64,000 bases of DNA from Octopus bimaculoides (taxonomy: Eukaryota), in the NCBI RefSeq assembly GCF_001194135.2, contig NC_068984.1, positions 72,888,852 to 72,952,851 on the forward strand, in the 5' to 3' direction. Of this stretch, positions 1-13,397 are shown piece after piece. The translations under genes and the position numbers were made by a program. Position 1 is the stretch's first letter, and the number at the start of each line of letters is the position of its first letter. The notes beneath the pieces are model-generated. The model did not search any database. It was not told where the DNA came from and saw only the letters and a list, made by a program, of their open reading frames with translations.

Positions 1-445
1 TACTGAGAACCTTTATAATCGTAGAAAATAAAAATTATCGAAATATTTGATGAATATTTTTTTTCAAAAGTTTAACTGTGGAAGATTTTTCAGTAAGGAA
101 GACAAATAAACACGAATAAGCACTTAAGAAACCATCAAATGAAATATAATATGTTATGTTTCTCATCGTATTCTTCTAGTATATTCTAGTTTATACATGT
201 AGACAAAACCGCCTTCTAAGTGTCGCTTTATGAATTCAGACACATCTCTAAGGCAATATATTCAACATACATGCTCATTAATATATAGTTTGTTTATATA
301 TATATAGCATCAAATTCACACAACTCGTACATACACATATTTGAGTATGCTTTTGTAAATACGATAATGATAATAGGAACACTAATGCTGATGATGATGA
401 TGGTGATAATAATAATGATAATAATAATGCTAATAATAATAATAT

Positions 446-1118
446 CGCATTGATAAAAGCACTAACTCGCCACAGTGTAGGATGTGCTCTGAGAAGGGAG
501 AAAGTATAAGCTATTTTCTTATTGAGTGCTGTAAGCACGCAGAACGCGGATGTAGACACGACAGTGTAGCCAGATATATCCACTGGCTGTTGTGCGGTAA
601 AGCAAAACTCGAGAGAGCCGAGCAATGGTATGAACACAAGCCAGAAGGAATAATGGAAAACGAACATTACAAAATACTCTGGAATTTTAACATGCAGTGT
701 GACCAAGTCATAGAGGCGAAACCACCATATATCGTGCTCATCCATGAAGATGAAAGAGAAGTAAAGTAATAGACGTTGCAATAACAGGCGATTCGATGGT
801 GAAATGTAAGGAAACAGAAAAGATTGAGAAATATCAGCCACTGCGTGACGAGATAGGAAAGTAATGTTGATATCGGTGGTAATTGGAGGATTAGGAGAAG
901 TTTCCGAGGGCTATGAAAAACATATTGAAACTATTGGAAGTGCTATCAGGCTCGGGTTGCTCTAGAAGACAGCATTGTTGTGTACAGCTCGCATTCTAAG
1001 GAGAGTATTGTTTCATTGAATCGCAGGAAATGGTCCTACTTGAAACCTTTGGGGATTTCTGGTGGCCTGCTTTCAAGTAAAGAATAACCGGTAAGGAAGA
1101 ATTATCCGAGTGTTTTTC
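446..1118 (+). mobile_element. 5'-truncated R4/Dong-like non-LTR retrotransposon, 3' end (zinc-knuckle region + restriction-like endonuclease), decayed
   Basis: ORF 482-769 (RHDSVARYIHWLLC...WYEHKP...KILWNF) continues through stops/frameshifts as IDVAITGD..KETEKIEKYQPL, VVIGGLG and KTALLCTARILRRVL, the usual RLE-clade C-terminus; (AAT)n on both sides. Confidence 0.8.
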
Positions 1119-1127
1119 ATAATAATA

Positions 1128-1191
<64 letters not shown>

Positions 1192-1204
1192 TGATGATAA
1201 AAAT
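1119..1204. repeat. (AAT)n/(GAT)n microsatellite
   Basis: Directly visible. Confidence 0.95.
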
Positions 1205-1532
1205 AATAATATCGGAGACCGGACATTGTTGTGGTGAATAAAAAAGAAACAGCATGTATAATAATCGACATATCATGCCCGGTGACAACAGGATCAATGA
1301 GAAAGGAGAAGAAAAAATGAACAACTATGACGATTTAAAGTGGGAAATTCGAAAGCTGTGCTCATTGAAGAGGGTAGATGTGATACCAATAGTAACTAGT
1401 ACACTTGGAAGTATCAGCACTCAACTACCAACATGTCTGAAAAAGATCGATGCAAGTGTGAAAGTAGAACACCTACAAAAATCAGCATGGCGTGGAACTG
1501 CAAGAATTCCTGGCAGAGTTCTCGAAGTATGA
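1205..1532 (+). mobile_element. Second R4/Dong-like RLE-domain fragment
   Basis: Frameshifted (R)PDIVVVNKK..CIIIDISCP / GDNRINEKGEEKMNNYDDLKWEIRKL..VIPIV..TLG..HLQKSAW.GTARI..VLEV*; flanked by trinucleotide arrays. Confidence 0.75.
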
Positions 1533-1587
1533 CCAGCACTACTACTACTACTACTACTACTACTAATAATAATAATAATAATAATAA

Positions 1588-1792
1588 CCCTTTCTACTAT
1601 AGGCAAAAGGCCTGAAATTTTGAGGTAGGAGATTAGTCGATTACATCGACCCAAGTGTTTCACTGGTAATTAATTTATACACCCAGAAAGGATAAAAAGC
1701 AAAGTCGACCTCGTAGGAATTTGAACTCAGAAGACGGCCGAAATACCACTAATCATTTGCTCAGCGTGCTAACGATTCTGCCAGCTCACCTT
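1588..1792 (-). mobile_element. tRNA-derived SINE, family A
   Basis: Minus strand has an A-box-like head (gagctggcagaatcgttagc), B-box-like gagttcaaattcc and central aggtcgactttgc..atcctttc; repeated about ten times in the window; central part resembles the Nin/Sauria-type SINE domain as I recall it. Confidence 0.8.
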
Positions 1793-1827
1793 ATTAATAA
1801 TAATAATAATAATAATAATAATTATTA

Positions 1828-2039
1828 TTTTTACTATAGGCACAATGCCTGAAATTTTGGGGGAGGAGACTAGTCAATTACATAGACCCCATGGTTCAAC
1901 CAGTACTTAATTTCTCGACCCCGAAAGGATGAAAGACAAAGTCGACGTCGGCGGAATTTGAACTCAGAACATGAAAAAAGACGAAATAACGCTAAGCATT
2001 TCACCCGGCGTGCTAACGATTGTGCCAGCTCGACGCCTT
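1828..2039 (-). mobile_element. SINE family A
   Basis: Aligns by eye with 1588-1792. Confidence 0.8.
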
Positions 2040-2720
<681 letters not shown>

Positions 2721-4385
2721 GTTTTATAAATATAATGCTGAAATTTCGTTCGGATCGATTTACTATTGCGCATAAAAAAGAAGAAATATGAATGGTTAAT
2801 CAGGTATCCATTACTTGATGAGTTTTGTTAGGATATAATATACAAAAAGCATATGTAATATCTAATATTTTAATGAATATATCGATATAGTCTATGACAA
2901 AATGAGAAGTGATAAATTTATTTCAAAGCGAGAGGGTGTGTGAGTTTATTTCGGGTGGGTTTTAATGTAAATGTTTACCTGAAAGAGTTTTCATAACTGA
3001 TGATACACCCAACACCCACTCATGCACCCCCACACGCACACACATACACACACGTATATATGAATAAATGTTAATATATATTTGTAGGCTAACAGTTAAG
3101 CTTCAAACTTTGTTTTATTTCCATAGTTACGTTAGAATACATGTTGCAATGAAAATTAATTGCTTTTTTAGTATGTTAATAGAATACAAGATTCTAATTT
3201 AATTAAGTATAGAATCTATGATACAATATGCTATTGTAGTCTTGTCGTTTTGAAATTTAATACCGGAAGTACTTAGGTTAACCTAAGTCTAAAGAACAAC
3301 ATTATGTATCTTACTGCAATAGATTATTTGGCAATGTAACTGGCATTAATTCACGATATTAAGATATAATGACGTATTTCCGTAAATAGATATTGCATTT
3401 ATATCTGACTATCAAGACATTTAAAATACATTAAGTCGCTGAAATTATACAATAGCTTTGCATAGATTTATTGCCTCTTGAATATAAAATGTATTTATAA
3501 TACATAAATAACTATAATGAAAATACAATTAAATGAGAACGATATCCAATTGTAGCATTAAGATGAACATTTCTAGTTTAGAAGACATTGGAAATGTGTT
3601 GAAAGTAGATAAAAAAAAGTAATTAATTTAGTACAAATACTTTTATTTAAAATTTCTTTCATTTTGTTGTTGTTAGAAAATTTCTAATTTAACGGATTAT
3701 ATCTTTTAAAAGTGAATATTAATCCCATGAGATGCTTCTGATGTCTTTTTAAGATACAAACGACATTATTTCAGCACAATACGTATGAGTAGGTATTGTT
3801 TTGAGAGTATTTACGAGTATAGAAACTTTAAGTTTACTGAACAAAGTAAATTGCTTAATTACTAAAAACAATAAGCGATAAGAAAAATAATGTTCATAAA
3901 TTTCTTCTAAATAATTCGGAAAGAGACGAAATTCGGAATAATCATAAAATAATAAATTCGATAGAATTGTCTCATAACATCATATTTTTAATGCATAAGA
4001 CTCTGAGAAATATAAAGATAAATATAAATTATAAAAATTATTATATCTCAAAATACTGTAACAGCTGCAATAATTACATGTATACAGTTTAGAAGGTAAT
4101 GCTGCAAGTAATACTATGTAACAACAAATTCAGAATATATGAGATAATACAAATTATGGAGAAGAATGTAACAAACTGAAATATATTGCAATGAACTTTT
4201 GAACTTGATATTTGTAAATTACTTGGCATAGTGAAAAAGATTGAATGATATGGTATAATAAAACAAGATAAAATATATTTAATGCTAATTTAGACATCAA
4301 GAGTTAAAACATTTTTTTTAAGGTTAAGTAGTGAAGATATAGAGTATTGGCCATTAAATGAGTTTCTGTTATATTTTGGATGCAA

Positions 4386-4394
4386 GTGTATGTA

Positions 4395-4464
<70 letters not shown>
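4386..4464. repeat. (TG)n microsatellite
   Basis: Directly visible. Confidence 0.95.
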
Positions 4465-4465
<1 letters not shown>

Positions 4466-5387
4466 TTCGTAAAATATTACCTATATGAAAAACAAAATTG
4501 CTTTCATATAGTTAATGTTCTAAATATTCTGTCTGCACATTAGACCTAAATTATATGTTGGAACTTAGAATATAGATTTTCGTGTTTTAATTGGGTGTTT
4601 TATAAGTTTTATATTCAAACATGGTATTTTTTGATGTTATACGAATTGATGTAATGGCAATCATTAAATTCCAAAGAAGGTGACTGTGATTCTTATCTAT
4701 TTCCAGAAAGCTTATGTATGCTAATAGAACCGTGTTCTAAATAACTTGACTGTTAATTTGCTATAGAGTATTGCACAAAATTCGTATCGACAGTGGTACA
4801 CTAGACCAATTCTTTGGAGTGCAAATTACGTTTTAAGAGAAAATTATTATTACTTTAATAATTATTTGATCTAATGTGGTTGGAATACTGTCATTTTCAT
4901 TAGTATTGGGATTTGTTGATTCTTGTGTACAATCATATGTTGTTGAATATGCGACTGACCGTTTATTATTTTCCCGCTTAACTGGGAAGTACTTACGGCA
5001 AAGTTTGAAAACTGCTATGCATAATACGGCGTGTAAATCACATTTTACGTAGGATAGGTGTTACATATATATTGTTGTTACTCAATATAATAATACGAAA
5101 CTAATTTCGATGAATTAGCAGCCCATTAGAAGGCATATTAGTAAGTTACAAGGATATATTGTAGAGTAAAATATTCATTATATTCAAGGAGTGGTAGAGA
5201 ATTGGTTGTTTAATTGTTTGTTCACATATTGCCAATCAAGTGTTTTTAAATTTGAAAGAAACGTAGAAAATAATTTTACTGTAGAAATTTTATTACATGC
5301 AATGAACATTGTTGAGCGGAGAAAACATATGACTGTTTTGTAGTAAATCTACAAATAATTTGGGCATTAGAATTGCGTTATAATAAT

Positions 5388-5618
5388 CCTTTCTACAACA
5401 AGTAAAGGCTTGAAATGTTTGGAGAAAAGGTAAGTCAATTACATCACACCCTGTACTCGACTGGTATTTGTTTCATCGACCATGTTTCATCAACCCGATC
5501 CCGAAAAGATGAAAAGTAGATTCGATTTCTGAGGAATTTGAGCTCAGGTCGTAAAGACAGATGAAATGTCACTAATAGTTGTGTCTGGTGTGCTAACGGT
5601 ACTGTCAGCTCGTCGCCA
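5388..5618 (-). mobile_element. SINE family A, degraded
   Basis: cccgaaaagatgaaaag..gaatttgagctcag..gtgctaacggtactgtcagctcg matches family A. Confidence 0.6.
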
Positions 5619-6072
5619 TAAATTTAGCTCTAATAATATACCGTCATCTCAATATCACATACCAGTTCGTACAATTGGTAGGTTATGTAGATATTATGAC
5701 ATATCATCATAAGTGTATAGATCACGCAGAGTATATAACACAAAATAGCTATGAATTCGGAGTTATTTGAACATTTCTGAGCGAAAAGATGTAATTTCAC
5801 TTTTAGATCTATTAGACGTTTTCGCTATTTTATAACCTCTACGTACGCACGTAGGCCTCTCATCTTTTCACGCATACATACTCACACAGAAAGGGACACA
5901 TACATATATGCATACATACATACATACATACAAACAAAAAATACCCTGGTGTTGATGTTGAAATTCCAAAGAAGGAACCTTGCATCTAGGTTAGAAACCG
6001 GGTTTTTCTCTATTGGCAAACATCCTTGAAATGAAAATGAATAATGACATCCATACCTCCATAATTCACACA

Positions 6073-6119
<47 letters not shown>

Positions 6120-6304
6120 ACACACACACACACAAACATGTAGGTTCACTCCAGTATACAAAATGACTGCTTAAAATGCCTGCAAACGCATCAAATAATA
6201 TATACATTTNNNNNNNNNNCACACACACACAAACATGTAGGTTCACTCCAGTATACAAAATGACTGCTTAAAATGCCTGCAAACGCATCAAATAATATAT
6301 ACAT

Positions 6305-6850
6305 TTGAGGGGGTACCCAAAAGCAATGTTATTTTGTTCCCTTAGTTTTACATGTTTACATTTTTATCACCTTCAAAATATTCTCCAGTTGAAGCAGTGC
6401 ATCGGTCCAGGCACGTTTTCCATTATTCGAAGCAGTGTTAGACCCTTTGCGAAGAGATGCCTTTTAACGCCTCCGTCGTTTTTTCTTCACCTCTTCCGTA
6501 GCTGCAAATTCCGTAGCACCAGCCCTCATAATCAGTGATAGCCTTCGAAAAAATATCCGGATCAACTTCCCACTGTTCTTTCAGTTCATGACACGAATTC
6601 AGTCGTCACTACTTTTGATCTTCCGTGAGTAAGCGAGGCACAAATATTGCTGTAATTTTTTCCATTCGCAACTCCACGCTGAACATTCATTGGCAGAAGC
6701 CCCAGGACACACCAGTTATATCAACAAATTCGTCAGTTGTTCAGTGACAGTCTTCCGCGATCAGGTCATGAATTTTCATGATGTTTTCATTCGTTGGAGA
6801 GGTCGAAGTGCGCCCTGAACGCGGTTGGTCTTCAAGTGACAAGTGACCAT
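6305..6850 (-). mobile_element. Internally deleted mariner transposon remnant
   Basis: Minus translation EDQPRSGR..FVPRLLTEDQK..AITDYEGWCYG joined to EEVKKK..LDRC.ASTGEYFEGDK; the central catalytic region is deleted. Confidence 0.85.
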
Positions 6851-7003
6851 GTCTTTGCATTCCTACTATTATAACTAAAAATAAGTGTATGAAATAAGCA
6901 TTACAACTAGTGATCGAAATATATTCTCTAAGACGATATAGCGGATCTTTATAAACGGATATCAGCTATCAAGTAGAATATTTTACTGCTAAATATATGG
7001 TGA

Positions 7004-7240
7004 AGATATTTTAATTGATTTTAGAATTGTACTCATGAGTTAATATTCTGTATTAATGTTTGCTGAATATTGTCTAAAATATATGCAATAAAATCAGTAT
7101 AAGTCAAGAAATCGGTTTGATGTAATGGACGTTTTCGTCCCTCACATTTGGAACATAGAATTCAAACGGTAGAGATAAAATCAGATTCGGAATCAGACTG
7201 TACAATTCAATCATATGGAAGGAGCAGGTTGGCCGACATG
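7004..7240 (+). repeat. Left arm of 237-bp near-perfect inverted repeat
   Basis: Reverse complement of 9994-10230 with two mismatches seen. Confidence 0.95.
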
Positions 7241-7668
7241 CACAGGCTTCCGAGTCGTTTCAAGGACAAAACACATCAATGAAGTTAAAACGCTACCAAG
7301 ACACAATGATTACATGCAGCTATTAAATATAAATATATCTTGCAAAGGTAAATTTGTACAAACTCATCTCTCACTCCAGCTAATATGTCAGTGCGCGTGA
7401 CACACAGACACATTAGCTGTTGTCACAGTATTTGAAATGGAGTAACATAAGAGCAGTGTATAAAAGCAAAATAGCATGTTTGATTACGTATCGGATCTTC
7501 TCTGCATTGTTAATGTGCACCTATCTGCTTGGTGATATTGAATTATGTTTCGTAGCTGTAAACTGTTAATATGTATTTGAAATCAACCCGCGCCGCAAAG
7601 ATCTGTGGCTATCATCAAATGGTTTTCACTTTTGTTTCATACATACACATTTTCGTCTGTTTAAAGCC

Positions 7669-8044
7669 ATGGTGAGTGAAGGACAACAATATTAAAACAT
7701 GTTTTAGACACTAAGATTCGATATTAGAAGTACTTGGTTTCTATATCTAGTCGATTGTGAGATCACTTATTGATCTGCCGGTAAGTTTCCTCGCTATTTC
7801 ATATGCTATCACTTAATTCTGTTGATCATGATATTTATAAAACCATTTATCTTTCAAATCGACCTTCAAGTTAATTGGTTTGTCCGAATTCGCTTTCGAA
7901 CATAGGTAAGTTTAATAGCTGACGTCAGCAGCTACAGCCTTCTCCAAGTGACTAAACCTGCACAAAATATACTCCTCCAGTTATCTAATACAGCTGTGAA
8001 GAAAAAAATGTCAGATAATTTTAAAATTATTCCTTATATTGCAG
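7669..8044 (+). other. Candidate cluster of short canonical introns (possible spliced 5' UTR, lncRNA or micropeptide)
   Basis: gccATG|GTGAGT (7672), tctag| (7750), ccg|GTAAGT (7781), ttcaag| (7870), tag|GTAAGT (7906), ccttatattgcag| (8044); motif evidence only. Confidence 0.3.
7918..7929. promoter_or_regulatory. Full palindromic CRE (TGACGTCA) within GCTGACGTCAGC
   Basis: Exact consensus match; function untested. Confidence 0.25.
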
Positions 8045-8361
8045 GCAAAGTTATGACTAAGATATGAAAATTACATAGAAATAATGACACATTTCGTAAA
8101 AAAGATATTCTTCCTTTATATGGTGTCACAAAACAATTGGATTGAATGATAAATAGCAACTTATCCTGTCATACAACTAAGATGAAAATTGTGAGGAAAT
8201 ATACTAATAAATATATGTATTTTAAATAACTATGGCAGCTCCGAGAAAAATGTTAAGAAATATAATCATATTTTCCTTGATCATTTTATTTTTGACATTT
8301 GAGTTGCATGCACGTTGTTGGAAACTATATATTTTAAGTAAGTTTTTGATATGTATGCATA

Positions 8362-8522
<161 letters not shown>

Positions 8523-9534
8523 GCATATATCGTTGACAATCAATCCCATTTATGAAAAGAAAATTTATATACAATAGATACTAACATTTTTAAAAAATGC
8601 AGTCCCACCATACAAGTTAAAGGAAAGTGATAGCCAAAACTCAGGAGTGAAAGAAAAACAAGCAAAAAACCTCCAAAACCACAACTACTATTCTTTATTT
8701 GGAAGTTTGACAATGAAAAATGATAGCAATAATTTCTAAAATATGAACAGGAGACATATTTTGGAGGAAGTGTATAGGGAATTAAATCGACGCTAATAAG
8801 AGACAGGTATTGTATATTATTATCAGTAGAAAGAGGAAAAGCAATGTTACTATCAGTGGTGTTCGAAATGAGAGTAGATGGAATCGCAGCTGAATGCAGC
8901 AAGTTATTATATTTGACCGTGTTGCGTTCCTGTCAATTTTAACGACCCTTAAAATCATAATAGTATATAAAAAAAATAACACCAAAGACGTCATTCACAT
9001 TTAAGCATGATACGTGGTGACATATATCACCCTTTCGTTAGCTACGTTAGGTGCCGATGTTGTTGTGCGCAAACATATATGACCTCTTGGAACAACCATT
9101 ATTAATGCAACGCATCTTCATAGATGTGACAGCTGTACCAACACCATGCAAGTATTCACCTTTAGTTAAGATGACTATAGCAAAATGAAATGAAATTACA
9201 TGATCGAGAGCGCATTACACCATCTGGTTCGGGAATCGTACGCACTATCTTCTGACAATGAACCAAACAGCTCGGATTACTAGATGAAGCACCTTAATGA
9301 ATTAATAACATAATAATATTAAGTATTATAGATATTGATATTTTTTCTAACATAGGCCCAGCATAAATACATATTTGTCAAAACATTGTCTTGTTCTGAG
9401 AAGGCCCGTTCCATTCAGATAGCATTTTGAAAGATTTTCTTCTTGTCATTCATAACATACTTGAAAAAAGATATTCATGGGGCTGTGATATAAACTCTCT
9501 TTTCTACTATTACTCACATAGTCCATATAAAGAG

Positions 9535-9538
9535 TGAG

Positions 9539-9585
<47 letters not shown>

Positions 9586-9620
9586 GGGAGACAGACAGAG
9601 ACAGAGACAGAAAGAGAGGA
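9535..9620. repeat. (GA)n-rich microsatellite
   Basis: Directly visible. Confidence 0.9.
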
Positions 9621-9993
9621 GATAAGGGAATGAGGGATAAAAGAGAAAACGAGTTCAATACTTGACTTGTTAATAGTATACAAAAAGGGAGAAATATAAG
9701 CTTTCCTTCGTTCGGATTAGAACACAGAGAGCCTCCGTTTCCCGTCTTTAACATTAAATATATGTGGAGTTCCTAATTATACGGATTTATGTATATAAAG
9801 ATGTGTGTGATGGATGTATACAGAGTCAATCTTTTAAATTTTGTGCCAAGCCATCAGTTTCCGAACTCACTGTGCTTCTTCTGGTAAAAATGCCGTTGTG
9901 TCACAACTGAGGGTCAAGCCATACATTTTAAGGAAAAGCAGGTAGATGGAAACTGTTGTAGAATCCATGCAATGAACTGTCAAAAGCTTTTGA

Positions 9994-10230
9994 CATGTCG
10001 GCCAACCTGCTCCTTCCATATGATTGAATTGTACAGTCTGATTCCGAATCTGATTTAATCTCTACCGTTTGAATTTTATGTTCCAAATGTGAGGGACGAA
10101 AACGTCCATTACATCAAACCGATTTCTTGACTTATACTGATTTTATTGCATATATTTTAGACAATATTCAGCAAACATTAATACAGAATATTAACTCATG
10201 AGTACAATTCTAAAATCAATTAAAATATCT
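9994..10230 (-). repeat. Right arm of 237-bp inverted repeat
   Basis: Reverse complement of 7004-7240. Confidence 0.95.
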
Positions 10231-10604
10231 CTTTGTTCAAATTATTGTGTTTCTGCATTAAACAACTGGCATACTCACCGTCAAAAGCAAAGAACCATTA
10301 TGTGAAGGTGAGTATGAAAGTGAATAAGTTTATATTAGCTTATGTGTTTCTTTTGCTATATTTCTCTAGCTTTTGATCTTGTGCGTATGGATCCGATGAA
10401 ATAAACACTCCAATTAAGTAGGCCTTTTCGTGTAACAATGACTTTTATAACATGTACACACACGATTGGATATGTAATGCCCAGCATGAACTCTGATTAG
10501 GTTATGCATGACGTGATCAGTTTTTGCCAAGAATGAACTTGCAGGGAGTGTTGTCGGAAAGTTCTGTTACATATAACAAAAGAATTCTTCATGTCCACCA
10601 TTTA

Positions 10605-10930
10605 ATATTGGTTTAAAATAATGGCATACGGCCGGCAATTCTAGGGATTGTAAGTCGATTACATCGACCTTGGTGATCAACTAGGACTTATTTTATCGAC
10701 CCACAAAAGAGGAAAAGTGAAGCTGACGCCGGTGGAATTTGAACAAAAAAAGCAGAGACAAACAAAATGCCGTTCTATATTTAAGAGATGAGGAATTATG
10801 TATATTATTTAGAATTGATGAAACGTTGTGTTAACAACAAACAAGATGAGGACAAATATCCGTCAATTGTAAATAATGTAGACAAAATGCCGCTTAACAT
10901 TTTTCCTGGTGTGCTAACTGTTCTGCCAGC
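10605..10930 (-). mobile_element. SINE family A interrupted by a 109-bp insertion
   Basis: Family A sequence resumes after the 11-bp duplication acaaaatgccg (10762-10772 and 10882-10892). Confidence 0.75.
10773..10881 (-). mobile_element. Truncated, 5'-inverted copy of family C 3' end with 11-bp TSD
   Basis: 10773-10811 matches 29386 onward in the same orientation; 10816-10881 matches the adjacent family C segment in the opposite orientation. Confidence 0.8.
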
Positions 10931-10964
10931 TTATCGTCCCCGTCTGCCATTTTATATTACCACA

Positions 10965-11150
10965 CGATTAAAGCGGCGCATTGACGGAATCGTTAGCCCA
11001 CCGGGCAAAATGTTTAGCAGCATTTCTTCAGTCTTTATATTCTGTGTTCAAATTTTGCCGAGGTCGACTTTGCCTTTCAAGTTTCCAGGGTTCGATAGAA
11101 GACTTATCTCCTCCCTCTAAATTGCTGGCTTTGTGTCTAAATTTGAAGCC
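10965..11150 (+). mobile_element. SINE family A (internally deleted)
   Basis: gacggaatcgttagcccaccgggcaaaatg..gaggtcgactttgcctttca. Confidence 0.75.
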
Positions 11151-11769
11151 GATATTACTACACAATTGCTGTAGGTTGAATCAGATTTCAACAAAGGATT
11201 TTAGTAATAAAGACTATATTCCACTGAGCAGTAACAACAATATTAACAATCTTCCATATAACAACAGTAAATAAAAGCAAATCAACTGAGCTGCAAGAAC
11301 GAAACTGCACAATCTAAAAAAATAAAGACAATCAGCGAAATGACAACCAGAATAATGTCCACAATGAAGAGGAAGGAGCACGTTATGTCTAGCATAACCA
11401 CCGCCGTCGGCGTCAAAAGCACATGGACAAATGGGACTAATAAAGCGCCACAAGCAACGACAGTACTAGCACTGGTAGCATGATTCGGAAAAAATGAAAC
11501 GAGGACAGCTCTGGTATATTTTTGGATCCTCTAAGGAAAAATCGAAAATATCTTCCAAATCGTCAAGCTGCTGAACAGAATGAAGGTATTTGTGGTAACT
11601 CTCATAATTAAAACCCACACCTTCATTAACAAGGTGTTATAGATAATATTTATTACTTCTGACCAGAGTCGATGGCAAAATAAGAAACATCCACATTACA
11701 ACGAGAACAACGGGGAACACTACCAGTAAATTGAAAAACACAAAAACATATACAATAACAACAAACGCA

Positions 11770-11821
11770 AGAAGAAGGAGAAGAAGAAGAAGAAGAAGAA
11801 GAAGAAGAAGAAGAAGAAGAA
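11770..11821. repeat. (AAG)n microsatellite
   Basis: Directly visible. Confidence 0.9.
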
Positions 11822-12826
11822 CCATAACCCAGGGATAACTACAAGAAAAACATCCCTCAGCATAAACACCAAAAGCAGCAACACAAAAATAAAACCTGCA
11901 ACCAAATCCAAAATAGAGTATCATTATAGTATTTACCCTTTCTTTACAACATAAATTCATGTACTCATGCAGTCAACGCCATTACTGTCTGCGACTCCGA
12001 CACTTCAGATGCTGAGGTATCATCGTGAGACAAGGATGAGGTAAATGACACGTCAAAAAAGATTACTGTGGGAAGGAAATTAGAAAGTTATATCCGATCC
12101 AAGCGATTCACAGATGTTACGGCGCTCATATTACGATATATCATCGGTAACTTGCAAGCTAAAGTAAATTGGATAGTCGTATACTAACTTTCGTGTAGTA
12201 GTGTAAAAGTTCAGTTCTGTTTCAGCTAATATGCATCTTATAATTTATACGCTGTTAGCATCTAAGAATGTTTGCGAAATTCCATATTTTTGTGACAGAT
12301 GATGTCAAAACCCGAAATATATAAATTCAAGTTAACTGACTGCATATGACTTTGCAAAAAGCCTCCTGTGTATCTTCCCCACTTAAGTATTTGACCATAC
12401 ACCTATCGCTTATCTCACTCATAAATACTGAAGCGTGAATGCTTACATCTCACAGTTACAGACAATCTGAAGTAGATAAATACAAAAACTAACGTGATCT
12501 GCCATAAATATATTCTCATTAAATTATATCGCATGAAACTAATGGTTTCAACTCAACTCTGTCTGTTACGTATTAATGTTAGTTTAATCTATCTTGATTT
12601 TCATCATCGTTGAATAAAGCTCAAATGCCGTAATCCACTAGAGATGAACTACGCATAAAAAGTCTTTTACAAACTGAAATAATGTAACAACACACACAGA
12701 TCAAAGAAAGAATCACTTTTCTGGGTTCTCCAGATTGTCTTTATGGCATGTTTCGTTCCAACACACCAATATACATAAAATAATAAGATTAGCTCACATA
12801 TAACAATTATACATATATAACTCTTT

Positions 12827-12872
<46 letters not shown>

Positions 12873-13359
12873 GTATGTGTGTGTGTGTGTATGTGTGTGT
12901 GTGTGTGTATACATATATGTATATATNNNNNNNNNNNNNNNNNNNNNNNNNNNNNNNNNNNNNNNNNNNNNNNNNNNNNNNNNNNNNNNNNNNNNNNNNN
13001 NNNNNNNNNNNNNNNNNNNNNNNNNNNNNNNNNNNNNNNNNNNNNNNNNNNNNNNNNNNNNNNNNNNNNNNNNNNNNNNNNNNNNNNNNNNNNNNNNNNN
13101 NNNNNNNNNNNNNNNNNNNNNNNNNNNNNNNNNNNNNNNNNNNNNNNNNNNNNNNNNNNNNNNNNNNNNNNNNNNNNNNNNNNNNNNNNNNNNNNNNNNN
13201 NNNNNNNNNNNNNNNNNNNNNNNNNNNNNNNNNNNNNNNNNNNNNNNNNNNNNNNNNNNNNNNNNNNNNNNNNNNNNNNNNNNNNNNNNNNNNNNNNNNN
13301 NNNNNNNNNNNNNNNNNNNNNNNNNNNNNNNNNNNNNNNNNNNNNNNNNNNNNNNNNNN

Positions 13360-13397
<38 letters not shown>

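Noticed and set aside
278-841. 187-aa minus-strand ORF
   Set aside because: Antisense shadow of the R4-like fragment plus microsatellite
5940-6050. Repeat-like segment with stem-loop followed by GAAACCGG
   Set aside because: Lacks the CUGANGA core; single copy in the window, cannot be classified
6134-6306. Exact 76-bp tandem duplication (6134-6209, 6231-6306)
   Set aside because: The copies straddle a 10-N gap and both follow the same (CA)n; most likely an unmerged contig overlap
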